Below are positions 19,029 through 29,165 of a stretch of 64,000 nt of DNA, in pieces. The stretch is from Candidatus Poseidoniaceae archaeon (GTDB lineage Archaea; Thermoplasmatota; Poseidoniia; Poseidoniales; Poseidoniaceae): NCBI GenBank assembly GCA_049598575.1, contig JBMYNT010000002.1, positions 699 through 64,698 of the forward strand, written 5' to 3'. A program made the position numbers and the translations under genes. The notes beneath the pieces were generated by a model. The model saw only the letters and a program-made list of their open reading frames with translations, made no database searches and was not told the origin of the DNA. Every line of letters begins with the position of its first letter. The first letter of the stretch is position 1.

Positions 19029-21032
19029 TTATGCCTTCTCTTCCCAGAATGGGTTTTCAGACAAATCGGAATCGACTGCATCAACGATTTGAGCATCGAG
19101 GTATGACTGGAGGTCCTTACCAGCAAGCGTTCCTTCCTCTCGACTCGAGATGGTCGAAATCAAAAGGAGAACGGCAAGGAAGAGGATGATTCCACCGACT
19201 GAAACGGCCGCAATCGTCCCTGCTGAGAGTCCATCTTCAGAACTCGGCATCGGCGGGTTTGTATCATCGTCCATGACCATAATCTCTGCTGTAACAAGTG
19301 GCGAAGCGGAGGTCGTTCCGTCTTGATATTGAACACCTCGCAGCGAAATGGTATGATTGCCCATGATGGCGATACCCGGAAGATGCTCGATCTGGTGAAT
19401 GATGTCAATGATGGACAATTCTCCAGACGGGTCTCCTGGCTCATACGTGTGAATGTTGGACCAATCGTCGCGCAAATGATTGCTTCTCCATTGGACTGTT
19501 TCCATGTTTTCACTGACCTCGAAGACGATGCTGTCACCTCGTTCGAGATGAATTCGATTGTCGAGTGTTGCTGGTGTCGAAATGGTTACGCTGATGTTTG
19601 AGTTGAATACGTAGTCACGCTCAGCCGCTTCGAGCAACGCATCAAGGGCTCGGACCTCTCCGTGACCGTAGACGTTGTTCTGCCGATTCTTTGGAATCAA
19701 ATCCTCAGCGCACGGCTCGTTTGCACCCATGTAGTGGCACTGCCGATAGGTTGCAGTCTCTTGCATAATGTTTCGAATGTCGAACGGTGACAAATCCGGA
19801 TTCGCTTGCAACATCAGTGCCGCTACACCAGCCGCACCAGGAGTGGCCATGCTTGTACCACTAAAAGCGACGTAGCCATCACCAGTGTTGTGAGCGACCG
19901 ACATGACATCGGAACCGACATAGGCGATGTTTGGCTTGATTCGCCCTTCTTCAGTCGGCCCTTGGCTACTGTAGATGGCAATGCTTGAGTCCTTGTCCAA
20001 AGCGCCGACTGTAATGGCATCCTCAGCGCTACCCGGTGTTCCGATCTGTGCAGAGAAGGCACTGTTACCAGCAGCGATAAACAGAGCAATTCCTGCACGA
20101 ACCATTTCATTCGCATAGCGATTGACGCTGTCCTCTTCGGATGAAGTCCATTCGATTGCACCAGGTCCACCAAGGCTCATCGATGCTGCTCGGATATTGA
20201 ATTCGTATCGCTTTTCAACGGTCCATTCCATTCCTGCCATGACGGTTGCAAAGGAACCGCTACCACCTGCATCGAGAACTTTGACACCCACCAAGGAAGC
20301 CTGTGGCGCCATGCCAGGATGGTCGTAGGTTGGGGCACCCGTTCCTGCGGTTGTCCCTGCACAGTGGGAACCGTGTCCTTGGTCATCGTATGGGAAAATC
20401 TCGGTCCCGTTGGTCAAACTTGGATTGTTAACTGGGTCGTAAAATGCAATGACTTTCGGGTCGTATGTGGTTGGATCGTCGTCCTGATCGTCAAGACTGG
20501 AGTGGTTCCCGTCAATACCTGTATCGATGATTGCCACAGTTGTGCCTGAGCCGTCGTAACCCGTCTCTGCCCAAGCTGTATCAACACCATGTAGGACAGC
20601 GGCATCGCCGTTCGTGACCGAGAGGATGCCATCAAGTTCGAGCATGACAACCCCAGGGAGTTGAGATGCTTCAAGGACGTAACCGACTGGAACTCGGCCA
20701 GCGAGCGCATCGATGCCTTTCAGTGTCCATTGATGACGGTACTCAACAGCCTCCTCAAGCATCTTGATTTCAGCATCGCCAGGTGTGAATGAGAAGTCAA
20801 TGATCAACGGAAGCGTCTTGTCCTCGTCGAGGAAAAGCGGGTTCTTTTGATGCACCTCGATCATGTCTCCAATGCCATTCCCGTCACGGTCGACGGTTGT
20901 TTCAACCCACCAGCCTTCTTCGCCTGAATCTTGGTTGGATTCCAAAGGTACTGTAGCGAGAACTGTGGGTAACACAAACATGGTGAGACAAAGGATTGTT
21001 AGCGTCAATCTTGTTGACTTCGCACGGGCCAT
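19029..21032 (-). CDS. Secreted S8 subtilisin-like serine protease with C-terminal TM anchor
   Basis: IIDTGID, GHGSHCAG, AAGNS, SGTSMATP; signal peptide; C-terminal hydrophobic helix. Confidence 0.93.
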   Translation of the reverse strand: MARAKSTRLTLTILCLTMFVLPTVLATVPLESNQDSGEEGWWVETTVDRDGNGIGDMIEVHQKNPLFLDEDKTLPLIIDFSFTPGDAEIKMLEEAVEYRHQWTLKGIDALAGRVPVGYVLEASQLPGVVMLELDGILSVTNGDAAVLHGVDTAWAETGYDGSGTTVAIIDTGIDGNHSSLDDQDDDPTTYDPKVIAFYDPVNNPSLTNGTEIFPYDDQGHGSHCAGTTAGTGAPTYDHPGMAPQASLVGVKVLDAGGSGSFATVMAGMEWTVEKRYEFNIRAASMSLGGPGAIEWTSSEEDSVNRYANEMVRAGIALFIAAGNSAFSAQIGTPGSAEDAITVGALDKDSSIAIYSSQGPTEEGRIKPNIAYVGSDVMSVAHNTGDGYVAFSGTSMATPGAAGVAALMLQANPDLSPFDIRNIMQETATYRQCHYMGANEPCAEDLIPKNRQNNVYGHGEVRALDALLEAAERDYVFNSNISVTISTPATLDNRIHLERGDSIVFEVSENMETVQWRSNHLRDDWSNIHTYEPGDPSGELSIIDIIHQIEHLPGIAIMGNHTISLRGVQYQDGTTSASPLVTAEIMVMDDDTNPPMPSSEDGLSAGTIAAVSVGGIILFLAVLLLISTISSREEGTLAGKDLQSYLDAQIVDAVDSDLSENPFWEEKA

Positions 21033-21128
21033 GTTTCACCCAAGAAACACTATTGTTTGAAGTCTTTCAATTGGAGTGTTAAGAAATGAACATGAATTGC
21101 TACTAAAGTCATTAATGCTGGGTGTTAA

Positions 21129-21135
21129 TTTATAT
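21129..21135 (+). promoter_or_regulatory. TATA box (TTTATAT) of the giant membrane protein gene
   Basis: Canonical archaeal TATA about 30 nt upstream of ATG 21166. Confidence 0.55.
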
Positions 21136-21165
21136 CTTTAGTGATGCCAACAAGCATTGATTCAA

Positions 21166-24100
21166 ATGCCTGCACCACAGAGAAAACCCAAGCAAATGGT
21201 CTCAATTGCAAACGATGCAATCTTTGCAAAGGAAGAGGAAGAAATTCCATTCAAGCCAGTGATTGTTCGTGCCCCAGGACATACCAACGGAGATTCACTC
21301 GAACGTTTTACTGAGATAACGATGTTCGGCGTTGCGATGCTTTTCATATGGGGAGGGTTGTTTGGAATTGCCTTCGCAGATGGCGTCGGGGAGGAGAAAT
21401 TCGCATACCTTTTCGGAGGAGGACTACTTTCGGCAAGTATTGCTCTCTTTATGGTAGAGTTGCAGGCAAAAAAGAACGATTACCAACTGATGATTTCACA
21501 AAACTATCTACTTGGCATGTCTTTCTTCTTCATGGCAGTTGGAACACTTTGGGGCATCCGATATCTTGCAGGTTACTTCACGCTATCTGAATTTGAGTTT
21601 GATGGAAGCAAATTCACCATGCTAGGTTCTGTAGATGATTCTACTGGTGAATTTATTGCAAGTGCGAACTTAATCTACGCACAGAGTCTTGGTGCCTTCG
21701 GGATGTGGCTCGCTCACCGCAAGATCCTCGAGCGTTACAAAGGCGACACATCATTTGGATGGGCTGTTGCTAGCTACATTCCGCTCGGATTGTTGCTTGT
21801 TGGTGTTGGAACCTGGATTGAGTGGGCTGAGTACGAAGTATCCTATCCTCTTGGGACTGCAATCGTTGGATTGTGTGCACTTGCCATGTACAGCGCATTG
21901 ATGTCGAACAAATCGATCAATTTCGCTGTCGTCAGCGTCGTATCAGGCATCATTCCAATCATCTATGAAATTCTTAATGAAAACGCACCCACCGGAGGAG
22001 AAGGTGGAGCGCTTTCACTCCTCATCTTCATCATCATCATCCAGGGATACTTAGCAGGAAATGAACGATTAAAGCAGACATTGGCAGAAAAAATGTCCTT
22101 CTTCATGATCGGTGTTGTTGTTGTTGCTATGCTCATGGCGAGCTTGGAGAATCTCAATCTCATCATTGGCCCACTCAAGCCAACTGAAATCGGAAGCGGA
22201 AGTGCTGCGACGGTCTTGACGTTACCTGTTGCGCTTTGGATTACTGTCCTCTGCGCCTACTTTCCTGCAACACACAGAAACAGAGTCCCCGCAATGCCGA
22301 TTGGACTTGCGTTCTCGTTGTGGACGCTGGATGGTGATGAAGCGATCATCCCTTGGGTCATCGCATTGGTCATGATTTCCTACATGCTGTTTGCTGCAAA
22401 AGCAACACGAAAGTGGGTCGCAAATTTCACCATGTCAGCACTCTCCTTCTCGTACCTCTTTAGCGATCAGATAGGATATGGTGTCGATCAAATCGAGATG
22501 GACATCGCGATTGCCATCGGGATCGTTGTTATCGCTGAAACGGCAAGGAGATTGGACAAGATTTCCATTTGGAACAGTGTTCAAACGGTCACATTCATTG
22601 CACTCAGTTCGACCATCTTGGATTCTGAATACTGGTTTGTCACATGGATCTTCGTGATTTATCTCCTCGGCATGGTCTACGAATCAATGCTACGAGCACG
22701 AGGTAAGGACGACATCGAACGTCGAAATTCGACATTGGCTCTCATCACGGCCCTAGCCGTGAGCACTGGTTTGCTCTTGACTGGCAAACTCGACATTCCG
22801 GATTCCTACCAAATCTCGGCTTTGAATGGAGTTTCGCTTGAGTTCGTACTGCTTGGTCTCATTGTATACGGTCTGTTTAACACCGTACGCGATGTTGAAG
22901 TGGACATCGGGCAATTGATGTCTCTGCTCGAATTGAAAGCAGCTGGCACTTATAGCTACGATTCGGAAACAAATGCATGGTACATCAAGGAAGTTGATGA
23001 TGCCGATGTTTTCACTGACAGTTCAATTGGATCCATAGGCCGTATATCGATGGCCTTCTCGCTTCTAGCCATCACGATTGGTATCAGCATGCTGAACCCG
23101 GATGTATTGGTCGGGGATGCGTTCTACCTGGTAGGTTTGTATGCCATTCCAATTGGTCTTGTCATGTGGGAAATCAAATCCATGGATGTCATCTCTTCAC
23201 AGAGCAGAATGATTGGTGCCTTCATGCTCCTCATCGTTGCAGCCTCTTCCATTCCACTCATGTTCAATGTTGAACACACGGATGGCTTATTCAAGGCAGG
23301 AATCCTGTACGACATCATCTTCCTTTCTGCACCAATTGGTGCGTTTGTTCTCATCAACAAGCGAGGTCTAGATCGAGATCATTTGAGTCGGCCAGCAGAC
23401 CAAGTTATGCTCTGTGTTTTGTTGGTCATTGGAATGCTCGACCAATCTGGCGGTCTGCTCTTCCTTAGCATGTACGGGCTTGTCTCGATTACAGCCATTC
23501 AGTATCGACATCATGGCGTGACGCTCTTGGCTCCTCTTGCAACCATCTCGATGTATTGGACCTACGACCATGGTCTTGCTCATGCCTTCCTCGATTCGTT
23601 CTTCGACAATCCCAATGACATCACCGAAATCAGAATCCTTTGGTTTACTCGTGTGACTGGAATGCTTGTCGCAGCGCATATGCTGATGCCACTTGCATGG
23701 AGCGTTCGAGATGTCCAAAGCGATGAATACGTGGACAATCCGTTCCCATGGTTCTTGCCAATGATTTGGTTCTTGTTCGCCATTTGGGCCGTTCTTCCAT
23801 CGGCGTCTTGGTTGCCACTGGTCGCTTGTATCTTCGGTATCGCCAATGCATGGGTACGTGGAGATGTCAACCTGATGCCACTCCTTTCAGTTGGAATCAT
23901 TTTCTCGTTTATGATCGGGTTCGCTGATGGAGGGTACTTCACAGGAGACATCCTTGGATACTCGATGCTGTTCTCAGGTGTGATCATTTACGTTCTCTGG
24001 CTGGCAGAAGCCTATGGCATCATGCGCATGAATGTCCAAGATGAGGAACGGCTGGAAAAGCTCATGCCATACTCTTTGGACACACAATTACGCTTTTTGG

Positions 24101-25191
24101 CCATCTCAACGCTCCTTCTTTCGTTCGATGTTGTCAATGGCCTTGGCATGCTTGCTGGAAGTGGATGGGCCACCTATGAAGCCGTACAGAAGGGTGACAA
24201 AGTGTCTATTCTGTTCCTCCCTCTCATCGACGGGTTAACCGCAGCCAACCTCATCCATCAGTTCGAGGTTGGATCGGAGTCCTTGCGACAGTTCCTCATC
24301 GGAGGCATCTTCTTTGTCGAAGGTGCGGTCATGATTTACCTCTCATCGAAGACAGACCGAATCTATGATTCGAAGATTTTCACTTGGAAAGACGATGATG
24401 AGTTCTTTACCTTCATCGAGTACATGGGCTTCTCCGGAGTCGTCGCAGCATTGACCGGTGTCATTTACGCCTTTGGCCAGGATCAAACTGAGATTGCTTT
24501 CTTCTTGACTGCAGCCATCCTAACAGCTCTCGCCATTACTGGCTTTGATGAGACGCAAGCACAGGTTCGATGGCGACGTGGACTCGGCGTGTTTGGGTCC
24601 GTTTTGACAATGTTTAGCCTTTACATGTACTTGGATGCATCAGATGATGTCCTCTTCAGAAGTTTGACGCTTGTTCTCACTGGGTTGCTCGCTCTTGGCT
24701 ACGGCTTCATGTACATGCAACGCCGTTCAATGTTCGACGTACAGGATGTTGTTATCCCTCAGGTCTTTGGAAATACTGTTGTTCCTCAGCAACCAGTTCC
24801 CGAAGCGTCTCCAGACGATGACAAAGGCGTGGAAGAAGATGACATGGAAGAAGATGTTGTAGAGGAATCTGACGACATCCAAGAGCATGAAATCAAGACT
24901 GAGTCAATGTCTGTTGAGGAGAAAGGCAGCACGGATGCTGAAGAATTGGAACTCCTCAAGTTGGGCAAGGAACTTGAAGAAGAGTTGAATGAAATCGCCA
25001 AGCCAATTGGTAAGGCAACGACAAACAACATCGGTTACATCGAAACGATGGAAGGATTTGATGTCCGTCTGCCAAAGGAATCGATTGAACAGATCACTCG
25101 AACCATTGCCATGACACCGCATGAAGGTTTCAAACCGGTTGTCCGTGTCAACATGCTTGGACAGATCGTGCTTGATTTCGAACCGTTGTGA
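21166..25191 (+). CDS. Very large polytopic membrane protein of unknown function
   Basis: About 1340 aa; roughly 30 or more hydrophobic segments by eye; acidic linker and small soluble C-terminal domain. Confidence 0.8.
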   Translation: MPAPQRKPKQMVSIANDAIFAKEEEEIPFKPVIVRAPGHTNGDSLERFTEITMFGVAMLFIWGGLFGIAFADGVGEEKFAYLFGGGLLSASIALFMVELQAKKNDYQLMISQNYLLGMSFFFMAVGTLWGIRYLAGYFTLSEFEFDGSKFTMLGSVDDSTGEFIASANLIYAQSLGAFGMWLAHRKILERYKGDTSFGWAVASYIPLGLLLVGVGTWIEWAEYEVSYPLGTAIVGLCALAMYSALMSNKSINFAVVSVVSGIIPIIYEILNENAPTGGEGGALSLLIFIIIIQGYLAGNERLKQTLAEKMSFFMIGVVVVAMLMASLENLNLIIGPLKPTEIGSGSAATVLTLPVALWITVLCAYFPATHRNRVPAMPIGLAFSLWTLDGDEAIIPWVIALVMISYMLFAAKATRKWVANFTMSALSFSYLFSDQIGYGVDQIEMDIAIAIGIVVIAETARRLDKISIWNSVQTVTFIALSSTILDSEYWFVTWIFVIYLLGMVYESMLRARGKDDIERRNSTLALITALAVSTGLLLTGKLDIPDSYQISALNGVSLEFVLLGLIVYGLFNTVRDVEVDIGQLMSLLELKAAGTYSYDSETNAWYIKEVDDADVFTDSSIGSIGRISMAFSLLAITIGISMLNPDVLVGDAFYLVGLYAIPIGLVMWEIKSMDVISSQSRMIGAFMLLIVAASSIPLMFNVEHTDGLFKAGILYDIIFLSAPIGAFVLINKRGLDRDHLSRPADQVMLCVLLVIGMLDQSGGLLFLSMYGLVSITAIQYRHHGVTLLAPLATISMYWTYDHGLAHAFLDSFFDNPNDITEIRILWFTRVTGMLVAAHMLMPLAWSVRDVQSDEYVDNPFPWFLPMIWFLFAIWAVLPSASWLPLVACIFGIANAWVRGDVNLMPLLSVGIIFSFMIGFADGGYFTGDILGYSMLFSGVIIYVLWLAEAYGIMRMNVQDEERLEKLMPYSLDTQLRFLAISTLLLSFDVVNGLGMLAGSGWATYEAVQKGDKVSILFLPLIDGLTAANLIHQFEVGSESLRQFLIGGIFFVEGAVMIYLSSKTDRIYDSKIFTWKDDDEFFTFIEYMGFSGVVAALTGVIYAFGQDQTEIAFFLTAAILTALAITGFDETQAQVRWRRGLGVFGSVLTMFSLYMYLDASDDVLFRSLTLVLTGLLALGYGFMYMQRRSMFDVQDVVIPQVFGNTVVPQQPVPEASPDDDKGVEEDDMEEDVVEESDDIQEHEIKTESMSVEEKGSTDAEELELLKLGKELEEELNEIAKPIGKATTNNIGYIETMEGFDVRLPKESIEQITRTIAMTPHEGFKPVVRVNMLGQIVLDFEPL

Positions 25192-26568
25192 TTAATCTTC
25201 TCTGAAGATGGCTTCACGGTCGGAGACAAGAGCTTGGTCAGGTGCTGAAGGGTAAACACCCCAGTACGCCTCACGGGCTTCTTGATTGATGTTCATGCAG
25301 AGGACGACATCACCTGGTCGATTGTCCATTTGTTGCGTTCCATTCAGATGCATCAGCATAGGTTCAATGTTGGACATATTGACAACGCCCCAACCAACTT
25401 GAGTGCATGGTGCAACCGGTGAAACGGGTGTTGTACCTGAGAATGGGTCCCATGTTGTAAACGAGGGATACCAAGCAGACAAGTTTAGTGCGTTACGAAC
25501 CTCTGAATTGCGGATGGTAAAGGATTCACCATCACTGGTCGTTCCATCAACGAGATAACCACCACGCTCAGCAGAGGCACCGGAACCAACATCATTGAAT
25601 TCTTCTCGCAATTCTTGAAGAATGAAGGACAGAATACCAGCCGTACGAGGCGTTGCGAAGGACGTTCCTGACGTTTCATGGTAGCCATCGGTATCATCGT
25701 GATTTGGCAAAACTTGCGTCCAATCTGCTGCAATATCGGGGTATGAACCACTCATGGTCTCCTTCTGATCGTCTCCTTCCTCAGCGTATCCTGCGATACC
25801 GATTGACCAAGGGGGACCTGCTGTAGCATCTTGGACTGCAGGAGAAGGCGTATTGTCGGCTGCACCGGTGTGAATCTTGTTGTTGCCAACGACTGCTTCG
25901 TAGGTTCCAGTCTCGATTCCAGGCACTGGAAGAGACCCAATCGCTCCGAAAGATGTGGAGATGATATCAACAAGTGGTTGATTTGAAGCGGCAAGAACGG
26001 CTTCTGTGGAGAAGCCCTCGACAAAGAAGATGACTGCATCGGGATTTGCGTCCAAGACCGCACCCGTAACGGCGGTTCCGTGTCCGTCTGAAGGGTCATC
26101 AAGGATATGGATGTCCGTACCTCCATCAGGCGAGGTCCCGATGATTTTGGTCCCATAAAAATACACAATATCGGAGGTCGTGATGCTGTCCCAACAATCT
26201 TCTTTGTCCGCTTGGTAGCGCTCTTCCCATGAACCTTCGAGAGTGATGTAACACGTTTTGGTTACACCGAGCGATTCAAGCAACCAGTTGGGATAGATTT
26301 CATCGGATCGAAAATGGTCGTGATAAACATTGATCCCCGTATCCACTGGTGCTACGACAGAATAATGCCTCCAATCTGTATCTGTGTTCGCCTCTCCAGT
26401 TCTCCTTTGGGTTTCATCCGCATCATCCCATGTCAATTGCCAATGCAGCCAAGACCCAGCAAGTGCAAGAAGAATAACAACGAACAACGTACGTAATTTG
26501 GCAAAGATCAGCCAGATGTCAAACGCTTCTACGCCGACATCGAAGAGGACATCAGCAGCATCGACCAT
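25192..26568 (-). CDS. Divergent S8-family serine peptidase, N-terminally membrane anchored
   Basis: VAPVDTGIN, SDGHGTAV, AADN, SGTSFATP triad motifs. Confidence 0.8.
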   Translation of the reverse strand: MVDAADVLFDVGVEAFDIWLIFAKLRTLFVVILLALAGSWLHWQLTWDDADETQRRTGEANTDTDWRHYSVVAPVDTGINVYHDHFRSDEIYPNWLLESLGVTKTCYITLEGSWEERYQADKEDCWDSITTSDIVYFYGTKIIGTSPDGGTDIHILDDPSDGHGTAVTGAVLDANPDAVIFFVEGFSTEAVLAASNQPLVDIISTSFGAIGSLPVPGIETGTYEAVVGNNKIHTGAADNTPSPAVQDATAGPPWSIGIAGYAEEGDDQKETMSGSYPDIAADWTQVLPNHDDTDGYHETSGTSFATPRTAGILSFILQELREEFNDVGSGASAERGGYLVDGTTSDGESFTIRNSEVRNALNLSAWYPSFTTWDPFSGTTPVSPVAPCTQVGWGVVNMSNIEPMLMHLNGTQQMDNRPGDVVLCMNINQEAREAYWGVYPSAPDQALVSDREAIFRED

Positions 26569-26638
26569 GTCCAAGCCTGCAACATCACCATCAAGAAGCC
26601 TACGCCGACTTCAAGAACCGCTTTCTTATCGGGAAAAC

Positions 26639-27187
26639 ATGGACGACCCAAACAAGCGAATGGTATGGATTGACCTCGAGATGACGGGTTTAGACTTGGA
26701 ACGTGAAAGCATCATTGAAATTGCTACCATTATTACAGATTCTGAACTCAATATCATTGCCGAAGGCCCGAATCTTGCTATTTCTGTTGCTGAGGAACTC
26801 ATCGAAGGGATGGACGAATGGAATACTCGACACCACTTTGGGAGTGGACTGATCGATCGTGTGCGGAACGATTCGGTCAGTTTGGAAGAGGCAGAGCGGC
26901 AAACCCTCGAGTTCATCAAAGAACACGTACCCAAACGAACCGCACCACTCTGTGGCAATTCGGTATGGAACGACCGCCAATTCCTCGTCAAAGAGATGCC
27001 AAGTGTAGCCAAGTATTTGCATTACAGAATGGTTGATGTCTCGACCATCAAGGAACTCGCACGACGTTGGTACCCAGGGCTACCGAAATTCGAAAAGAAA
27101 GGGGCACACCTCGCTCTCGATGACATCCGCGAATCTGTGTACGAATTGGCTCACTTTCGCGAATTGATCTTCACCGGCCGTCCGTGA
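26639..27187 (+). CDS. orn: Oligoribonuclease
   Basis: VWIDLEMTGL, EIATIITD, MDEWN..HH..SGL, PLCGNSV..DRQFL, HYRMVDVSTIKEL, HLALDDIRES. Confidence 0.95.
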   Translation: MDDPNKRMVWIDLEMTGLDLERESIIEIATIITDSELNIIAEGPNLAISVAEELIEGMDEWNTRHHFGSGLIDRVRNDSVSLEEAERQTLEFIKEHVPKRTAPLCGNSVWNDRQFLVKEMPSVAKYLHYRMVDVSTIKELARRWYPGLPKFEKKGAHLALDDIRESVYELAHFRELIFTGRP

Positions 27188-28253
27188 CAAAGCCCCTCCA
27201 TCGTCGCATGTATTCAACGAATGTTGGACTTAGGTCTGCAGAACGAAGTTCTTCTGGCGTAAATGGGGCTACCTTCGGTTTGTAGGCCATATCAGTGACC
27301 AAGGAAGCCCAATCTGGATGGGGCAATGCGACTCGAGCAACGCCGACAGCTTGAGCCCCTTGGTCAAGGACAAACTGAGCATCCGCAGCACTCCAAACCG
27401 AACCAGTCGATACAATCGGAATCGATTCGGAATAGATGGAACAAAGTTCCTTTGTGATGGTTTGATGATTGTCTTGTTTTTCAAAGACATCCCAGCACGA
27501 GATGTGGAGTGCATCGATCTTCTCCCTGATGAGCAAATCAATGACCTGCTTGGTATCCTTCATGGTGATTCCTATTTCTTCAGAAACTGGTGAAAGGCGA
27601 ACCATGATGGCAAATTCATCGCTAACAACCTCTCGAATACCACGAATGATGCGCAGAAGGAACGTACATCGCTGTTCTACATCGCCCCCAAACGTATCAC
27701 TACGTCGATTGGTGTTGGAACCAAGAAACTGAGCGATAAGGTAACCATGTGCTCCATGCAGTTCAACGCCATCAAACCCTGCTGCTTCGCAGCGTTGTGC
27801 TGCTTTAATGAAGCATGAAATGGTCTCCTCAACCTCGATTGTGGAAAGACGTCTTGAAGAGCCCTCGCTTTCGGATATGAAATTCACGCTTGCAGAGGAG
27901 GCTTGCTGACCTGTAATCGAAGAAGGTGAACGCATACCTCCATGGAAAATCTGAACAAACGATTTCGAGTCGTGTTGTTTCAACTGTGTCGCAAGTGACG
28001 TCAATCCAGGAAGGTGGTGATCACCCCACACCCCAAACTCACCTTCCCAACCTTGACCTGATTCTTGCACATGCGATGCTGCGGTTGTGATGAGCCCAAA
28101 TCCACCTTCAGCACGACGTAGCAAGAATCGCATCTCTTCATCCGAAAGCGTTCCATCAGCATGACTCTGTTTGTTGGTCATCGCTGCAAGAACGCTACGA
28201 TTCGGAATCACCAAACCGTTTCGCATCTCCCATGTCTCATCTATCGATGGCAT
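27171..28253 (-). CDS. NADH:flavin oxidoreductase (Old Yellow Enzyme family)
   Basis: NRSVLAAMT, QIFHGG, AGFDGVELHGAHGYLIAQFL..NTNRRSD. Confidence 0.9.
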   Translation of the reverse strand: MPSIDETWEMRNGLVIPNRSVLAAMTNKQSHADGTLSDEEMRFLLRRAEGGFGLITTAASHVQESGQGWEGEFGVWGDHHLPGLTSLATQLKQHDSKSFVQIFHGGMRSPSSITGQQASSASVNFISESEGSSRRLSTIEVEETISCFIKAAQRCEAAGFDGVELHGAHGYLIAQFLGSNTNRRSDTFGGDVEQRCTFLLRIIRGIREVVSDEFAIMVRLSPVSEEIGITMKDTKQVIDLLIREKIDALHISCWDVFEKQDNHQTITKELCSIYSESIPIVSTGSVWSAADAQFVLDQGAQAVGVARVALPHPDWASLVTDMAYKPKVAPFTPEELRSADLSPTFVEYMRRWRGFVTDGR

Positions 28254-28262
28254 AGGATGGCC

Positions 28263-29129
28263 TCACTGATCTCGCCAATTTGGGGCATGAACGTCAGCAC
28301 CTTTGTGCATCGATAGAATTTCTGCGATGACAGCAATAGCAATCTCTTCAGGCGATTCAGCACCAATGTTCAATCCGATTGGACATCGCACTCGGTCAAG
28401 GGAGGATGGCTGGATTCCAACTTCGAAGCACGATTCCGTGAACGATTTCCATTTGGAACGGCTGCCAATCGCCCCAATCCGAGGGAAGTCTTTCCCATTA
28501 GGGGAAACATTCCCACCTTCTGCAAGTTGCAGCAACCGTTGAAGCCTGTCAAGGTCTTCGGAATAATCATGGCCGAGCAAAAGAACGTCCGAGAAGCGCG
28601 AGAGTGATTCTGCAGTTTCGTTGCTAAAGAATGCCTCTACGGTTGAATGAGATCGTTCGATGGCTTCTGGATAGAGTTCAGCCGTTGTGAACGATTCACG
28701 GGTGTCTTGAACGGAATAATTCCAGCCTTTTTTTGGCAACAATTTGGAGATGGCTTCCGAACAATGCCCCCCTCCCATCAACAAAATATGAGGCATCGGT
28801 AACATCAACTCCAATGAAATGGTGACTTGTCCACCACAAAGTGAGTCCAGTGCTTGCACTTCATAGCCCTTCGCCCCTTTGTTGAGGCCAAACGTGTGGA
28901 CCTCTGATGTTGCCTTTGTTTCTTGAAGCAATTCTTTGCAGCGGTTGAGAATTCGGTGTTCCAATCCAGCACCACCAACCGTTCCGATCCAATTCTGAGA
29001 CCGATTCATTGCCAAGCGGGCTCCGGATTTTCCAGGAACGCTACCTTTCGTTCCAACAACAGTAGCGAGAACAACAGGCGAATTGTGTCGCAATTGTTCC
29101 AACACCCATGCCAGAACTCTCGCCGTCAT
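28263..29129 (-). CDS. xdhC: XdhC/CoxI-family molybdoenzyme maturation factor
   Basis: GSVPGKSGARL, GTVGGAGLE, LCGG, GGGH, IGSRSK, PIGLNIGAESPEEIAIAV. Confidence 0.88.
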   Translation of the reverse strand: MTARVLAWVLEQLRHNSPVVLATVVGTKGSVPGKSGARLAMNRSQNWIGTVGGAGLEHRILNRCKELLQETKATSEVHTFGLNKGAKGYEVQALDSLCGGQVTISLELMLPMPHILLMGGGHCSEAISKLLPKKGWNYSVQDTRESFTTAELYPEAIERSHSTVEAFFSNETAESLSRFSDVLLLGHDYSEDLDRLQRLLQLAEGGNVSPNGKDFPRIGAIGSRSKWKSFTESCFEVGIQPSSLDRVRCPIGLNIGAESPEEIAIAVIAEILSMHKGADVHAPNWRDQ

Positions 29130-29165
29130 AGCGATGCCTCGATGACCATACACATACGATTTGCC

